A stretch of DNA of 57,523 bases from Patescibacteria group bacterium (GTDB lineage: Bacteria; Patescibacteriota; Gracilibacteria; JAHISY01). Position 1 is the stretch's first letter; each line of letters opens with the position of its first letter. Below the pieces are notes generated by a model. That model was not told the origin of the DNA and searched no databases. It saw nothing but the letters and a program-made list of their open reading frames with translations. Of the stretch, positions 42,780 through 53,096 are shown piece by piece. The DNA lies in NCBI GenBank assembly GCA_043797545.1, contig JAZDPN010000073.1, positions 1-57,523 of the forward strand. Reading direction: 5' to 3'. The position numbers and the translations under genes were made by a program.

Positions 42780-45092
42780 ATGCAAACAAAAATCATCGCG
42801 AGCCTGCTCGGAATGATCAGCTTAATTTGCTTGGCAAATCCGGCTTTGGCAAGCCAAGTGCCTGCTGGATACGTCCTCGTCCCAGCCGATGTTTTCTTCG
42901 GACAAGGCTCAAGTGTTATCGCTCCGAACACCACTGTGGCCGAGGTTTCGACTAGCAAATCGAGTGTCCGGGTCAACGACGAAATTGGTTATGTCGGTGA
43001 AAAATACTCAGTCGCAACCGTCACTCTGCGCGACGAGGCGAATCGACCAGTCGCCGGGGAAAGCGTAACCCTGATTTCTTCGCGGGCAACCGACTCAATC
43101 AAGGCTTTGCAAAACGAAACAAATTCCAATGGTGAAGCCTCTTTCCAGGTTTTAGCCAAAGGAGAAGGTGTTAGCTCTCTGACAGCTCTCGCGGGCAATC
43201 AAACAATTCTCGAACGACCACGCATTGTCTTTTTGCAGAAGGCCGGAGGCATCGGTGGAAACCTCTTACGAGCTGACGTCGTGACGGCCAGCGCACCGAC
43301 AAAAAAAACGGTTGCAGCAACGCTAACTACTAATCAGGTTTTTGCGGATTTCCCCAATACAATCAAGGCCGACACACCAACCGACATTACGGTCACAATC
43401 AAAGATGCTGACGGGAAAATCGTAGAGGATTTTCGCGGAACGATTAATTTCCAGAGTTCCGACTCGCTTGCGATTCTGCCCAAAGAATATACGTTCGGCG
43501 AACTCGACCGTGGTTCACATAATTTTGCTAATGCTGTCACCATGCTGACGGCAGGCGACCAAACAATCACAATTGCTGGCGACACAAATCTGGGTTCGCA
43601 GGAGGTTCCTGTGAAAGTCTTGGACGGAGTGGGCGGAGTCGCGACACCCGTAATCACCAGCCCGACTGACGGCGCACTTTTGAATAAGACAGTCTTGCTC
43701 GAAGGACTCGCTCCGGTAAACTCAAATCTTGTTGTTTTCACGGATGGCCAATTTTTGAAAAATGGGCAATCTGACGGCGACGGTAAGTTTTTGATCGATG
43801 CTGACTTAGTAGACGGACAGCACGAAATTACGGTCGGTGTTTTGAAAAACGACAGCTCTGTCGGAGCTGTCTCGGAAGCTATTAGGGTTAATCTTGATAA
43901 AACCAAGCCTGTTTTGGAAGATGTTTCTCTCGACCCGGGCAACCGCGTCGTGAGCGGCCAGCTCGTGAAAATAACCGTTAAAAGTGAGTCTGCTCTCGCC
44001 GGAGCGCAGTTCCGGATTGAGAATGAATCCGATGATTTGATTGAGTCATCGGTCGCCGGAACATACACTGGCGAATTCACCGCTCCGGCCGACGGTGCTT
44101 ATTTCGTAAGCGTCGAGTTGACTGATAAGGCCGGGAATATTGGCTCTTTCCCGGAAGCAACCAGCATCCTTGTCGAAGTACCGATTACAATTGAAAAAGT
44201 CGAAACTACACCCCGCGATGGTCGAGTGGATTTACGCTGGGATGCACCGGCGAATACGGCTAGCATCGCGCATTACGAAATTTTTTACGGGACGGATAAA
44301 GAACAGCTCGACAAGAAATTCACGACGACAGATAATCGCACGGCCTGGTTTATTGATAACCTAAACAACAACACAAAATACTTTTTTCGCGTCGTTTCGG
44401 TCGACGCTGACAGCAAGCAAAATGGTGGCAGCGAGATTGTCCAGGCGACTCCGACCGCTATGGTCGCAGCAACCGGTTGTGATTCAAAAATTATTTTAAG
44501 CTGGCAGACGCCGACTAATTCCAAGATCGCTAATTATCGACTCGACTACGGAGTCGCAAGCGGTGATTACGCCGAGAGTCGATTACTTTCGGGTGGCAAA
44601 AAATTAAAACAGTGGGAGGTGCGTGATCTCGTGAATGGTTCACCTTATTTTTTCGCTTTGCGCGGAGTCGATGACTTCGGCGAAGTCGTCGCCGATATGG
44701 GTGAGGTCAGCGCGACTCCGACCGCGGGCGAGGTCTGCGGCTCGATCGAACCAATTCAGCTTTTTCAGAAAAGAGATGCTGCTGGCAACATTTTCCTGGT
44801 TTGGAACCCTGTTGCCGGTGCGACCAGTTATCGGATTTACGCCGGGACGCAGCCAAATGTCTTTGATCTACCAACAGTCGAGGTCGCCGCAAATGCTTTT
44901 CAGCCTAAAGGGCTCGCCAAAAACACTGATTACTATTTTGCGGTAAGCGCGGTTTTTTCCGGAGTCCACAACGCCGCGACCCTGTCAAACGTCACCAAGG
45001 TCGAGGTCGGGCCAGCCGAAATAATTTTCATCTCCCTGATCGCGGCCTTCGTGGGCAGCCTCCTGATTAGGCGAAAATTTTCCCGGAGCTAA
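42780..45092 (+). CDS. Large surface protein with Ig-like (Big) and fibronectin type III repeats and a C-terminal TM anchor
   Basis: Signal peptide, invasin-like SVTLISSRATD...NGEASFQV, several FN3-like W..P modules, and a terminal hydrophobic helix plus RRKFSRS. Confidence 0.65.
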   Translation: MQTKIIASLLGMISLICLANPALASQVPAGYVLVPADVFFGQGSSVIAPNTTVAEVSTSKSSVRVNDEIGYVGEKYSVATVTLRDEANRPVAGESVTLISSRATDSIKALQNETNSNGEASFQVLAKGEGVSSLTALAGNQTILERPRIVFLQKAGGIGGNLLRADVVTASAPTKKTVAATLTTNQVFADFPNTIKADTPTDITVTIKDADGKIVEDFRGTINFQSSDSLAILPKEYTFGELDRGSHNFANAVTMLTAGDQTITIAGDTNLGSQEVPVKVLDGVGGVATPVITSPTDGALLNKTVLLEGLAPVNSNLVVFTDGQFLKNGQSDGDGKFLIDADLVDGQHEITVGVLKNDSSVGAVSEAIRVNLDKTKPVLEDVSLDPGNRVVSGQLVKITVKSESALAGAQFRIENESDDLIESSVAGTYTGEFTAPADGAYFVSVELTDKAGNIGSFPEATSILVEVPITIEKVETTPRDGRVDLRWDAPANTASIAHYEIFYGTDKEQLDKKFTTTDNRTAWFIDNLNNNTKYFFRVVSVDADSKQNGGSEIVQATPTAMVAATGCDSKIILSWQTPTNSKIANYRLDYGVASGDYAESRLLSGGKKLKQWEVRDLVNGSPYFFALRGVDDFGEVVADMGEVSATPTAGEVCGSIEPIQLFQKRDAAGNIFLVWNPVAGATSYRIYAGTQPNVFDLPTVEVAANAFQPKGLAKNTDYYFAVSAVFSGVHNAATLSNVTKVEVGPAEIIFISLIAAFVGSLLIRRKFSRS

Positions 45093-45532
45093 AAAGGTAA
45101 ATCGTCGATCTTCACCTCTTCTTCGTCTGTTTGTGCCGGAGCGCTTTGCGGCGCGGATTTGGCGGCCGGAGCGGAACCAGCGGAGAATGAGCCGCCGCCA
45201 CGCGAATCGAGCATGATCATGTTCTCAGCTATGATCTCGGTACGGTAATTCTTCTTGCCGTCAGGGTCTTCCCAAGAACGAGTCTTGAGTCGGCCTTCGA
45301 AATAAGTCTTGGCGCCTTTTTTTAAATACTGTTGGCAAATCTCGGCTAGCTTGCCCCAAACAACCACATTGTGAAATTCGGCCTCTTCTTGGAGTTCGCC
45401 AGCCGCGTTTTTCCATTTCCGGTTTGTGGCAATCCCAATCGTCGCAACGGTCTGGCCATTCGGCGTCTGACGCACCTCCGGGTCGCGTGTGAGGTTGCCG
45501 ATTACTTGGACTTTGTTGAGAGAGCTGGCCAT
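45089..45532 (-). CDS. ssb: Single-stranded DNA-binding protein (canonical, acidic tip DDLPF)
   Basis: OB fold LNKVQVIGNLTRDPEVR, a Gly/Ala-rich linker, and the C-terminal IDDLPF. Confidence 0.9.
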   Translation of the reverse strand: MASSLNKVQVIGNLTRDPEVRQTPNGQTVATIGIATNRKWKNAAGELQEEAEFHNVVVWGKLAEICQQYLKKGAKTYFEGRLKTRSWEDPDGKKNYRTEIIAENMIMLDSRGGGSFSAGSAPAAKSAPQSAPAQTDEEEVKIDDLPF

Positions 45533-45661
45533 GGCAAAAGGAGTTATTAAAGCGCTGCGATTTTAACAAATCCTAAAACATACCAAGCATTTTTTATTGA
45601 ACGCGCAAGCCAATTTTTGGACCCTTACTTTGGGTGAATCTGCTAAAATTTGGCTCTCAAA

Positions 45662-46924
45662 ATGCAAGCCCTCCTCCTCGCAGCCGGTCGTTCGCGGCGC
45701 TTTCAGCCGCTCGGTGATAAAAATTTTTTTCGGATTGGCGGTCAATTTTTGATCGAAAAGGCAGTCGCGAGTTTGCAAAAAGCCGGCGCAAAAAAAATTG
45801 TGATTGTCGCGAACACAGAGAACGAAAAAGGAATCGCGCAGCTTTTTCCGAAGGCGAAAGTTTTGGTGCAGCAAAGGCTGGAAGACGGAATGGCTGGCGC
45901 GGTTTTGACCGCGCCAAAATTTTTGACCGAGCCGACTTTGATCGCCTCGACAAACGATTTGGTCGAGCCGAGCGAGATTCGCAAAGTTTTGACTGCGCGG
46001 AATTGCGACGGCGCGCTGCTCGCGCAAAAAGTCGTGGAATATTTTCCGGGCGGTTATTTGAAAATCGCGGGCGGAAAAATTGTCGACATCGTCGAAAAAC
46101 CCGCGCCGAAAAAAGTGCCAAGTGATCTTGTGAATCTCGTTTTTCATTTTTTCCGCGAGCCGAAACTTTTGGTTGCCGAACTCGAAAAAGTTTCGAATAA
46201 AAAAGATGACGGCTATGAGCTCGCGCTCGCGAAACTGTTCAAAACAGGCAAATTTATCGCGGTCGAGAATAAAAAAACTTGGCGCGCGGTTAAATTTCCG
46301 TGGCACGCGCTCGATTTAATTTCGGATTTCACGAGCAAGCTGAAAAATAAAGTTTCGCCAAAAAGTTCGATCGCCAAAACTGCGGTCGTCGCAAATTCCG
46401 TAATTTCACCTGGCGCGAAAATTTTTGATTTTGCGATTGTCCGCAATTCTTTCGTCGGGCGGAACGCCGTCGTCGGTTCACATTCACTTGTCCGCGATTC
46501 GCAAATTTTGGAAAACGCGGTCGTCGGAAGCTCGAGCGAAGTCGCGCGCAGCTCGATTGAAAAAAACTCATGGCTGCACCGGAATTATGTTGGCGATTCG
46601 ATAATCGCGGAAAATGTTTCGCTCGGCTCGGGAGCGGTTTGTGCGAATTTACGACTCGATGAGGGTGAAATTTTTACGGAAATTGAAAATAAGAAAATCG
46701 GTTCGGGGCGCAATAAATTCGGCGCGGTGATTGGAGAAAATTCGCGGATCGGTGTGAATACGAGCGTTATGCCGGGCGTTTCTATCGGTAAAAATTGTTT
46801 TGTCGGCAGCGGAATCGTCGTCGCGGCGAACTTGAAAAGTAATCAGTTCTTGGATGCTTTGTGGAAAACTAAAACTCGCGCGAATAAAAAGTCAGTTGAG
46901 GCTCGCGCAAAATTCCAAAAATAG
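45662..46924 (+). CDS. Sugar-phosphate nucleotidyltransferase with a C-terminal left-handed beta-helix (GlmU-like)
   Basis: LLLAAGRSRRF nucleotide-binding motif and hexapeptide repeats in the C-terminal half. Confidence 0.65.
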   Translation: MQALLLAAGRSRRFQPLGDKNFFRIGGQFLIEKAVASLQKAGAKKIVIVANTENEKGIAQLFPKAKVLVQQRLEDGMAGAVLTAPKFLTEPTLIASTNDLVEPSEIRKVLTARNCDGALLAQKVVEYFPGGYLKIAGGKIVDIVEKPAPKKVPSDLVNLVFHFFREPKLLVAELEKVSNKKDDGYELALAKLFKTGKFIAVENKKTWRAVKFPWHALDLISDFTSKLKNKVSPKSSIAKTAVVANSVISPGAKIFDFAIVRNSFVGRNAVVGSHSLVRDSQILENAVVGSSSEVARSSIEKNSWLHRNYVGDSIIAENVSLGSGAVCANLRLDEGEIFTEIENKKIGSGRNKFGAVIGENSRIGVNTSVMPGVSIGKNCFVGSGIVVAANLKSNQFLDALWKTKTRANKKSVEARAKFQK

Positions 46925-47122
46925 TTTTCCAAAAAATTATTTAAATAATTTTTTAAATTTTCTTTCTCTTAATTTCAATTCTTAAATTCTTTTAAAAAAC
47001 ACCACTTTCCAAAATCTTTTCCAAAATTTATCCACAAAATTTCTTACTTATTCTTAAAAACTAATTATTCAACCATTTTTCGCTTAAATGAATCAACTAG
47101 TTCTTACTTATTAATTAAAAGA
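46925..47122 (+). promoter_or_regulatory. 198-bp AT-rich leader upstream of cimA with a 12-nt direct repeat and one consensus DnaA box
   Basis: TTCTTACTTATT occurs at 47041-47052 and 47101-47112. TTATCCACA is at 47028-47036. TTTCCAAAA words recur. Confidence 0.4.
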
Positions 47123-48682
47123 ATGAATAAACCTATAAAGATATACGACACGACTCTACGTGATGGATCTCAGATGGAAGGTGTGAATTTTTCAATTGAA
47201 GACAAAATTAGGATTACAGAAAAATTAAATGATTTTGGTGTGCACTTTATTGAAGGTGGTTGGCCGGGAAGCAACCCAAAAGATGAAAAGTTTTTTCAAG
47301 AAGTAAAAAAGAAAAAGATAAAAAGTGAAGTTGTGGCTTTTTCAGCGACAGTTTTAAAAGATAAAAATCCAGCGAGTGATGTTTTAATTCAAAAGGTGCT
47401 TGATGCGAAAACGAATTGGGTGACGGTTTTTGGAAAAACTTGGGATCTTCATACGCGGGAAATTTTAAAGATTTCTAATTCAGCCGCGCTTGATTTAATT
47501 CAAAAAACTATTCAATTTTTAGTAAAAAACAAAAGGAAAGTAATTTTTGATGCAGAGCATTTTTTTGACGGTTTTAAAAGCAATCCACAATTCGCACTGG
47601 ATTGTCTAAGGGTTGCGGCAAAAAGCGGCGCGGAGAATTTGAGTTTGTGCGACACAAATGGAGGAACTCTCCCAGGAGAAATTCGCGCAATTTTTCAAGA
47701 AGTTAAAAAAGAGATTAAAACTCCGCTCGGAATTCACGCACACAACGATTCCGGGACAGCGGTCGCGAATTCACTCGTCGCCGCGGCGGAAGGCGCAGAA
47801 ATAATTCAAGGCACGTTTGGCGGGCTCGGCGAGCGCGCGGGAAACGCCGACCTCGGTGCGATCATTGCTGATCTGCAAATTAAAAAACAGCAAAAAATCG
47901 TCGCGCCGGAAAAGCTCAAAAAACTCACCCAACTCACGAATTTTATTTTTGAAACTGCGAATCTTCCCGCGCCGAAAAATTTGCCATTCGTCGGTGCAAA
48001 TGCGTTCACACACAAAGGCGGAATTCACGCCTCGGCCGTTCAAAAAAATCCGAAAAGCTACGAACATATTTCGCCAGAGTCGGTCGGGAATTTTTCACGC
48101 ATCACGATTTCCGAACTTTCCGGGAAATCGAATGTCGTCGCGGTCGCGAAAAGACTAGGTTTCAATTTAAAAGCCGATGCTTCACAAACTCGGGAAATTC
48201 TCTCGCAGGTGAAGTCGCTCGAAAACGCGGGTTTTTATTTCGAAACTGCGGAGGCGAGTTTCGCGCTTCTCGTTCTTCGCGCGCAAAAAAATTACCGCGC
48301 GCCATTCGAGGTTTTGGATTATTTTGTTTTGAATGAAAAAAGCGGGGAGGCGAAAGCGACTGTGCGGCTGAAAGTTGGTTCGGAAATTCGCGAGTACGCT
48401 GCGAGCGGCAACGGGCCGGTGAACGCGCTCGATCTCGCTACGCGCCGGGCGGTCGCGAAATTTTTTCCTGCGATTCGCAATGTTGAGCTGAAAGATTATA
48501 AAGTTCGGATTCTCGATTCGGACGCAGCGACCGCGGCAAAAACACGCGTTTTGATTGAATCATTCAACGGTCGTGAAAACTGGGCGACGGTCGGCTGTTC
48601 GGAAAACATCATCGCGGCGAGCTGGCAGGCTTTGACCGACAGCCTAGAGTACGCGATCTGGAAGACGAGCAGAGGTGAATAA
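47123..48682 (+). CDS. cimA: (R)-citramalate synthase / 2-isopropylmalate synthase family
   Basis: IYDTTLRDGSQMEGVNFS and HAHNDSGTAVANSL motifs plus a C-terminal LeuA_dimer domain. The 519-aa size fits the CimA type. Confidence 0.8.
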   Translation: MNKPIKIYDTTLRDGSQMEGVNFSIEDKIRITEKLNDFGVHFIEGGWPGSNPKDEKFFQEVKKKKIKSEVVAFSATVLKDKNPASDVLIQKVLDAKTNWVTVFGKTWDLHTREILKISNSAALDLIQKTIQFLVKNKRKVIFDAEHFFDGFKSNPQFALDCLRVAAKSGAENLSLCDTNGGTLPGEIRAIFQEVKKEIKTPLGIHAHNDSGTAVANSLVAAAEGAEIIQGTFGGLGERAGNADLGAIIADLQIKKQQKIVAPEKLKKLTQLTNFIFETANLPAPKNLPFVGANAFTHKGGIHASAVQKNPKSYEHISPESVGNFSRITISELSGKSNVVAVAKRLGFNLKADASQTREILSQVKSLENAGFYFETAEASFALLVLRAQKNYRAPFEVLDYFVLNEKSGEAKATVRLKVGSEIREYAASGNGPVNALDLATRRAVAKFFPAIRNVELKDYKVRILDSDAATAAKTRVLIESFNGRENWATVGCSENIIAASWQALTDSLEYAIWKTSRGE

Positions 48683-48707
48683 ATTGCCGCGCTGAGGCAT
48701 AAAGATT

Positions 48708-49085
48708 CTATTTATCACCGGGCTCTTCCACATTCACTTCGTTGTTGCCGGATTCACCTTTGCCCCACTTGAGGATGTTGAGCGTGTCGAGAACGACCTC
48801 AGTGATGGTTCTTTTTTGTCCTTCTTTCTCGAATTGGCTATTGTGCAGGCGGCCTTCCACGAAGACGCCCATACCCTTTTTGAGCCACTTTTCAGCAGTT
48901 TCCGCGAGATGTCCCCAGGCGGTGATCCGGTGGAAGTCGGTATATTGCCTTTTTTCGCCATCGACAGTCCGGTCGTAGTTCGTGGCGATGGAAAAACTGG
49001 CGACCTTTTTGCCAGCCTTAGTCTCGCGCACTTCGGGGTCGCCAGTGAGGTGACCGATGAGGATTACTCGATTGATGCTGCGCAT
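48708..49085 (-). CDS. Second SSB paralog lacking the acidic C-terminal tip
   Basis: OB fold INRVILIGHLTGDPEVRETKAGKKVASFSIATN. It ends in VEEPGDK with no D-D-(I/L)-P-F. Confidence 0.75.
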   Translation of the reverse strand: MRSINRVILIGHLTGDPEVRETKAGKKVASFSIATNYDRTVDGEKRQYTDFHRITAWGHLAETAEKWLKKGMGVFVEGRLHNSQFEKEGQKRTITEVVLDTLNILKWGKGESGNNEVNVEEPGDK

Positions 49086-49338
49086 GATAAAAAAATTAAA
49101 AGATTAGACCAGTATTTTTATAAACTAAACGAAGCCGGACAAGGCCGCATCATTAAACCTTAATTAAGCTAGACGCATTAATTCTGGGACAAAAAACGAC
49201 GAGCAGTATTTGCTCGCAGGCTAAATCCAGTCCAGCTTTGAGCGCGACTAGGCATGCAAATTTCGCTAAGCCAAATATTTAGCTGTTTTTCGTTCGACGA
49301 AAAATTAATTTTAAACCAAGAATATTTAAATAAACGCT

Positions 49339-49755
49339 TCACGCCAATTTAAAAGGGTTTCCAAATGCTTTAGGGTTTCTCTCAAGAGCTTCAAATATTT
49401 TTCTTGTCGCAGGTGTTGCTTTACCCCTTTCTATAACCTCCTCGTAAACAAGCTTCATTCTTTTGCAGCGGTCTTGCCAAAATTTTTGCGAGCAGAATTC
49501 ATCTCTTTTTTTAGGCATTCCTTTTAAAAAAACAAAGAGCATGTTTTGTATTACCCGAAAAGCGCTTCGAGTTCTTTCTTTGTGCCAATCATTTTGGGTG
49601 GCTTCATTTTTAAAAATCTCGCCAGAACGAAGTTTTTCTAAAAAAGCCAAAAACACAAGAGCCTGTTTTTGCGCCGTTATCATTTTTCTTTCGCGATCTT
49701 CGCTGTTGTTTTCAGGAGTGCCGAATAAAAGCAACGCGGCATCTCGAGATAACAT
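49339..49755 (-). CDS. Hypothetical protein (138 aa) in an AT-rich segment
   Basis: An ORF only. Helical, with no recognised motif. Confidence 0.35.
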   Translation of the reverse strand: MLSRDAALLLFGTPENNSEDRERKMITAQKQALVFLAFLEKLRSGEIFKNEATQNDWHKERTRSAFRVIQNMLFVFLKGMPKKRDEFCSQKFWQDRCKRMKLVYEEVIERGKATPATRKIFEALERNPKAFGNPFKLA

Positions 49756-49758
49756 TCT

Positions 49759-49980
49759 TTAAATAAGATTAAGCGATATTTCGCCGTTGAGCGCCCCATT
49801 CCTAATCTCTTGCAACGCCCCTCGCGCAAGCGCTACCTCTCGTCGTAAATTTTTAAACGCCCTCACGTGCGCTGGCGTTTGATTTATAAAAGCCCGCGGA
49901 GCATCTTTTGCCCACCGTTTTCCTCTCTGAGTGTTGCTTACATGAGGCTCACCGCAATTTTTTTGAGATGCATATCGCAT
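49759..49980 (-). CDS. Hypothetical small basic protein (73 aa)
   Basis: An ORF only, 3 nt upstream of the previous one. Confidence 0.3.
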   Translation of the reverse strand: MRYASQKNCGEPHVSNTQRGKRWAKDAPRAFINQTPAHVRAFKNLRREVALARGALQEIRNGALNGEISLNLI

Positions 49981-50033
49981 AGAAGGTCACATTCTAGTAA
50001 AAAATTCGACATAGTCAAACGGTGTAATCGGAA

Positions 50034-50120
50034 TTAATTTTCCGCGCCGCAACATTTTTTGTATTTCTTCCCCGAGCCGCCCACCTTCGTTCGTTGTGAC
50101 GAACTACGGTGGGCTTCGCT
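50034..50120 (-). pseudogene. Relic of a SEC-C metal-binding motif (…KVGGSGKKYKKCCGAEN*) directly downstream of secA
   Basis: The minus-strand translation of 50034-50081 gives GGSGKKYKKCCGAEN-stop. There is no start codon and the first Cys pair is missing. The secA terminal codons read [14 protein letters not shown]. Confidence 0.6.
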
Positions 50121-50135
50121 AAATTTAAAATTTAA

Positions 50136-52898
50136 TCAGCTGTTTCCCCCGCAACAATTTTTATATTTCTTCGGGCTGCCATCTTCTTTTGTCGCTCCGC
50201 ACGGGCACGGATCGTTGCGCCCGACTTCTCTCAGCTCGGAAGTTTTATCAGCCGAGACCTTGATGATAGTCGGCTGCTCAGCTGGAGCGACTTTGACTTC
50301 GTCCTCGGCCCGAATTTTTACAACACCATCTTTCCCGAGATTTTGAATTTCCGGGTTGGCTTGGAGAAATTTCTGTGCGGTTTCAGCAATCGTTTTTTGT
50401 TCGTCAGGGGTGAACTCCTCCCGGTCGCCCGTCAGGATGTCTTCGACAGCATCTTCGTTGGTCAAAATTTTGCCGGGGAGATTGCTAGGTGGCGGTGGAG
50501 TAGTGGTCTCGACCTTAAGCCGGAAAAGCGCGCGCAAGGTGTTGGCGCGGATATTGCCCAATAATTCCTCAAAGGACAAAAAGGCCTCATTTTTGTATTC
50601 GACTAAGGGGTCGCGCTGACCGAAACCGCGCAAAGAAACTTTTTCACGCAAATGGCGCATGTTTTCCAGATGCTCCATCCAGAGCCGATCAATAGTCGAA
50701 AGATAAACTTGGCGCTCGGCGAAACGGAGGGCGGTGCGATCGGGCAAACTTTCTTCACGGTGGCGGTAAGCATTTTTCAAAAACTCAACCGCGAATTTTT
50801 CAAGTTCGGCCTGAGTTAAAAATTCACCTAACTTCTCGCCATCCAAATCCGCTGGGTTTTCGACAATCGCACCCAGCTGTTTCGCGATCTCGGCCAAATC
50901 CCAGTCGTCCCTTTTGCGGTCGGCCGAAAAAGCTTTCACGATGCTGCGCGCCTCTTCTTCCAAAATTCTCTGGATCTCGTCAGCAATGTTTTCGTGTACA
51001 AGGATTTTTTTGCGACGACCATAGACGATTTCGCGCTGGCGATTCATAACATCGTCGTATTCGACGAGATGTTTGCGAATGTCAAAATGGTGCGCTTCGA
51101 CTTTTTTCTGCGCGCTCTCGATCGACCGCGAAATCATTTTGTTTTCGATCGGCTGGTCGTCGGGGACTTTGAGGAAGTCCATCATGCGCTGCATTTTTTC
51201 GCCGCCAAAAAGTCGCATCAAACTATCTTCCATCGAAACGAAAAACTGGCTCGCACCCGGGTCGCCCTGGCGGCCCGCCCGCCCGCGCAGCTGGTTATCA
51301 ATCCTTCTCGATTCATGCCGCTCCGTTCCGAGAATAAAAAGTCCGCCGAGTTCTTCGACGCCTTTCTCCAATTTGATATCCGTTCCGCGACCGGCCATAT
51401 TGGTCGCGATCGTGACAGCACCTTTTTCGCCCGCTCGCGCGACAATCTCAGCTTCTTTTTCGTGGTGCTTGGCATTCAAAACTTTGTGCGGAATACCGCT
51501 ACGCAAAAGCATTTGTGACAGTCTTTCGGACTTCTCGATCGTGATCGTGCCGACCAAGACAGGCTGGCCTTTTTCGTGCAACTCTTTAATCTTTCCGACC
51601 GTTGCCAAAAATTTCCCCGGTTCGTTTTTGTAAACCGAATCCGGTAAATCGGTTCGCGAGACTGGACGATTGGTTGGGATTTCCAAACAGTCCAAATTAT
51701 AAATTTTGGCAAACTCTTCTGCCTCGGTCAGAGCCGTCCCGGTCATGCCTGCCAGCTTCCCGTAAAGGCGAAAATAATTTTGCAGCGTGATGGTCGCTAG
51801 AGTTTTTGACTCGCGACGCACCTCGACTTTTTCCTTGGCTTCCAAGGCTTGGTGTAATCCGTCGGAATAGCGTCGTCCCGGCATGAGCCGGCCAGTGAAT
51901 TCGTCCACAATCAAAATCTCGCCATCTTTGACGACGTAGTCCTTGTCGCGCTGGTAAACAGCTCGTGCCTTGAGCGAAGCTTCGATGTGGTGAACCTCAC
52001 TAAAACCGGCTTCAGTGTAAATATTCTCTAGTCCAAGCAAGCCTTCCATTTTTTTGATGCCAGCTTCCGTCAGGGTCGCTGCTTTGGCCTTCTCGTCCAA
52101 TTCGTAGTCAACACCCTTTTCGAGCTGCTGGACGAGCTGAGAATACTTTGCATATTTGCTGGTCGACTCCTCGGCCGGAGCAGAAATGATCAAAGGCGTT
52201 CGAGCCTCGTCGATTAAAATAGAATCGACCTCATCGACAATCGCGTAATTCAAATCACGCTGGACTAGGTCTTCCTGGCGACGTGCCATATTGTCGCGCA
52301 AATAATCAAAACCAAACTCGGTATTCGTCCCGTAGGTAATGTCGCAATTGTAGGCCGCGCGCCTTTCCTCGGGCGGAATGCCGTGGTCGATTACGCCGAC
52401 CGTCATTCCTAAAAATCGGAAGAGGCCGCCCATCCACTCTGCATCGCGTCGTGCCAAGTAGTTATTCACAGTGACGAGATGACAGCCCTTACCCGTTAAG
52501 GCGTTCAAATAAAGGGGGAGCGTACAAACCAAGGTTTTGCCCTCTCCAGTTTTCATCTCAGCGATCTTGCCCTGATGGATCACGATTCCTCCGACCAGCT
52601 GGACGTCGTAGGGAATCATGTCCCATTTTACGTCGTTGCCTCGGACATCCCAGGAGCGGCCGACCAATCGGCGACAAGCGTTTTTCACGACCGCAAAAGC
52701 TTCCGGCAAAAGCTCGTCCAGAGTCGTGCCGTTTTTCAGTCGCTCACGAAATTCGGCCGTTTTGGCCTGCAGCTCGGCCTCGCTCAGGTTTTGGAAGCCC
52801 TTTTCGAGCGAATTGATTTGGTCGATTGTCGCGCCGAGTTTTTTGATCTCGCGCGCATTCGCATCGCCGACGAGAGCGGAAAGTAATTTTCGTAGCAC
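50136..52898 (-). CDS. secA: Preprotein translocase ATPase SecA
   Basis: Motifs [10 protein letters not shown], the [22 protein letters not shown] motor, and the C-terminal CPCG...KKYKNCCG zinc motif. GTG start. Confidence 0.95.
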   Translation of the reverse strand: MLRKLLSALVGDANAREIKKLGATIDQINSLEKGFQNLSEAELQAKTAEFRERLKNGTTLDELLPEAFAVVKNACRRLVGRSWDVRGNDVKWDMIPYDVQLVGGIVIHQGKIAEMKTGEGKTLVCTLPLYLNALTGKGCHLVTVNNYLARRDAEWMGGLFRFLGMTVGVIDHGIPPEERRAAYNCDITYGTNTEFGFDYLRDNMARRQEDLVQRDLNYAIVDEVDSILIDEARTPLIISAPAEESTSKYAKYSQLVQQLEKGVDYELDEKAKAATLTEAGIKKMEGLLGLENIYTEAGFSEVHHIEASLKARAVYQRDKDYVVKDGEILIVDEFTGRLMPGRRYSDGLHQALEAKEKVEVRRESKTLATITLQNYFRLYGKLAGMTGTALTEAEEFAKIYNLDCLEIPTNRPVSRTDLPDSVYKNEPGKFLATVGKIKELHEKGQPVLVGTITIEKSERLSQMLLRSGIPHKVLNAKHHEKEAEIVARAGEKGAVTIATNMAGRGTDIKLEKGVEELGGLFILGTERHESRRIDNQLRGRAGRQGDPGASQFFVSMEDSLMRLFGGEKMQRMMDFLKVPDDQPIENKMISRSIESAQKKVEAHHFDIRKHLVEYDDVMNRQREIVYGRRKKILVHENIADEIQRILEEEARSIVKAFSADRKRDDWDLAEIAKQLGAIVENPADLDGEKLGEFLTQAELEKFAVEFLKNAYRHREESLPDRTALRFAERQVYLSTIDRLWMEHLENMRHLREKVSLRGFGQRDPLVEYKNEAFLSFEELLGNIRANTLRALFRLKVETTTPPPPSNLPGKILTNEDAVEDILTGDREEFTPDEQKTIAETAQKFLQANPEIQNLGKDGVVKIRAEDEVKVAPAEQPTIIKVSADKTSELREVGRNDPCPCGATKEDGSPKKYKNCCGGNS

Positions 52899-53096
52899 CG
52901 GATTGATTTAAATCTGGCTAACTTTAGCGCTTCCGGCTTAAAAATTGAAGTCAAAAGAATTTGAAGTTAAACTCAATCATCCAAAGCATCCATTCGCAAC
53001 CCCATTTTGATTGATTCCTGACGCCAAAGCTGATATATTGGGGGTTGTCGCTAAAACAAACACAATATATTGGGTTTCTTTAATTTCCCACCCCAG

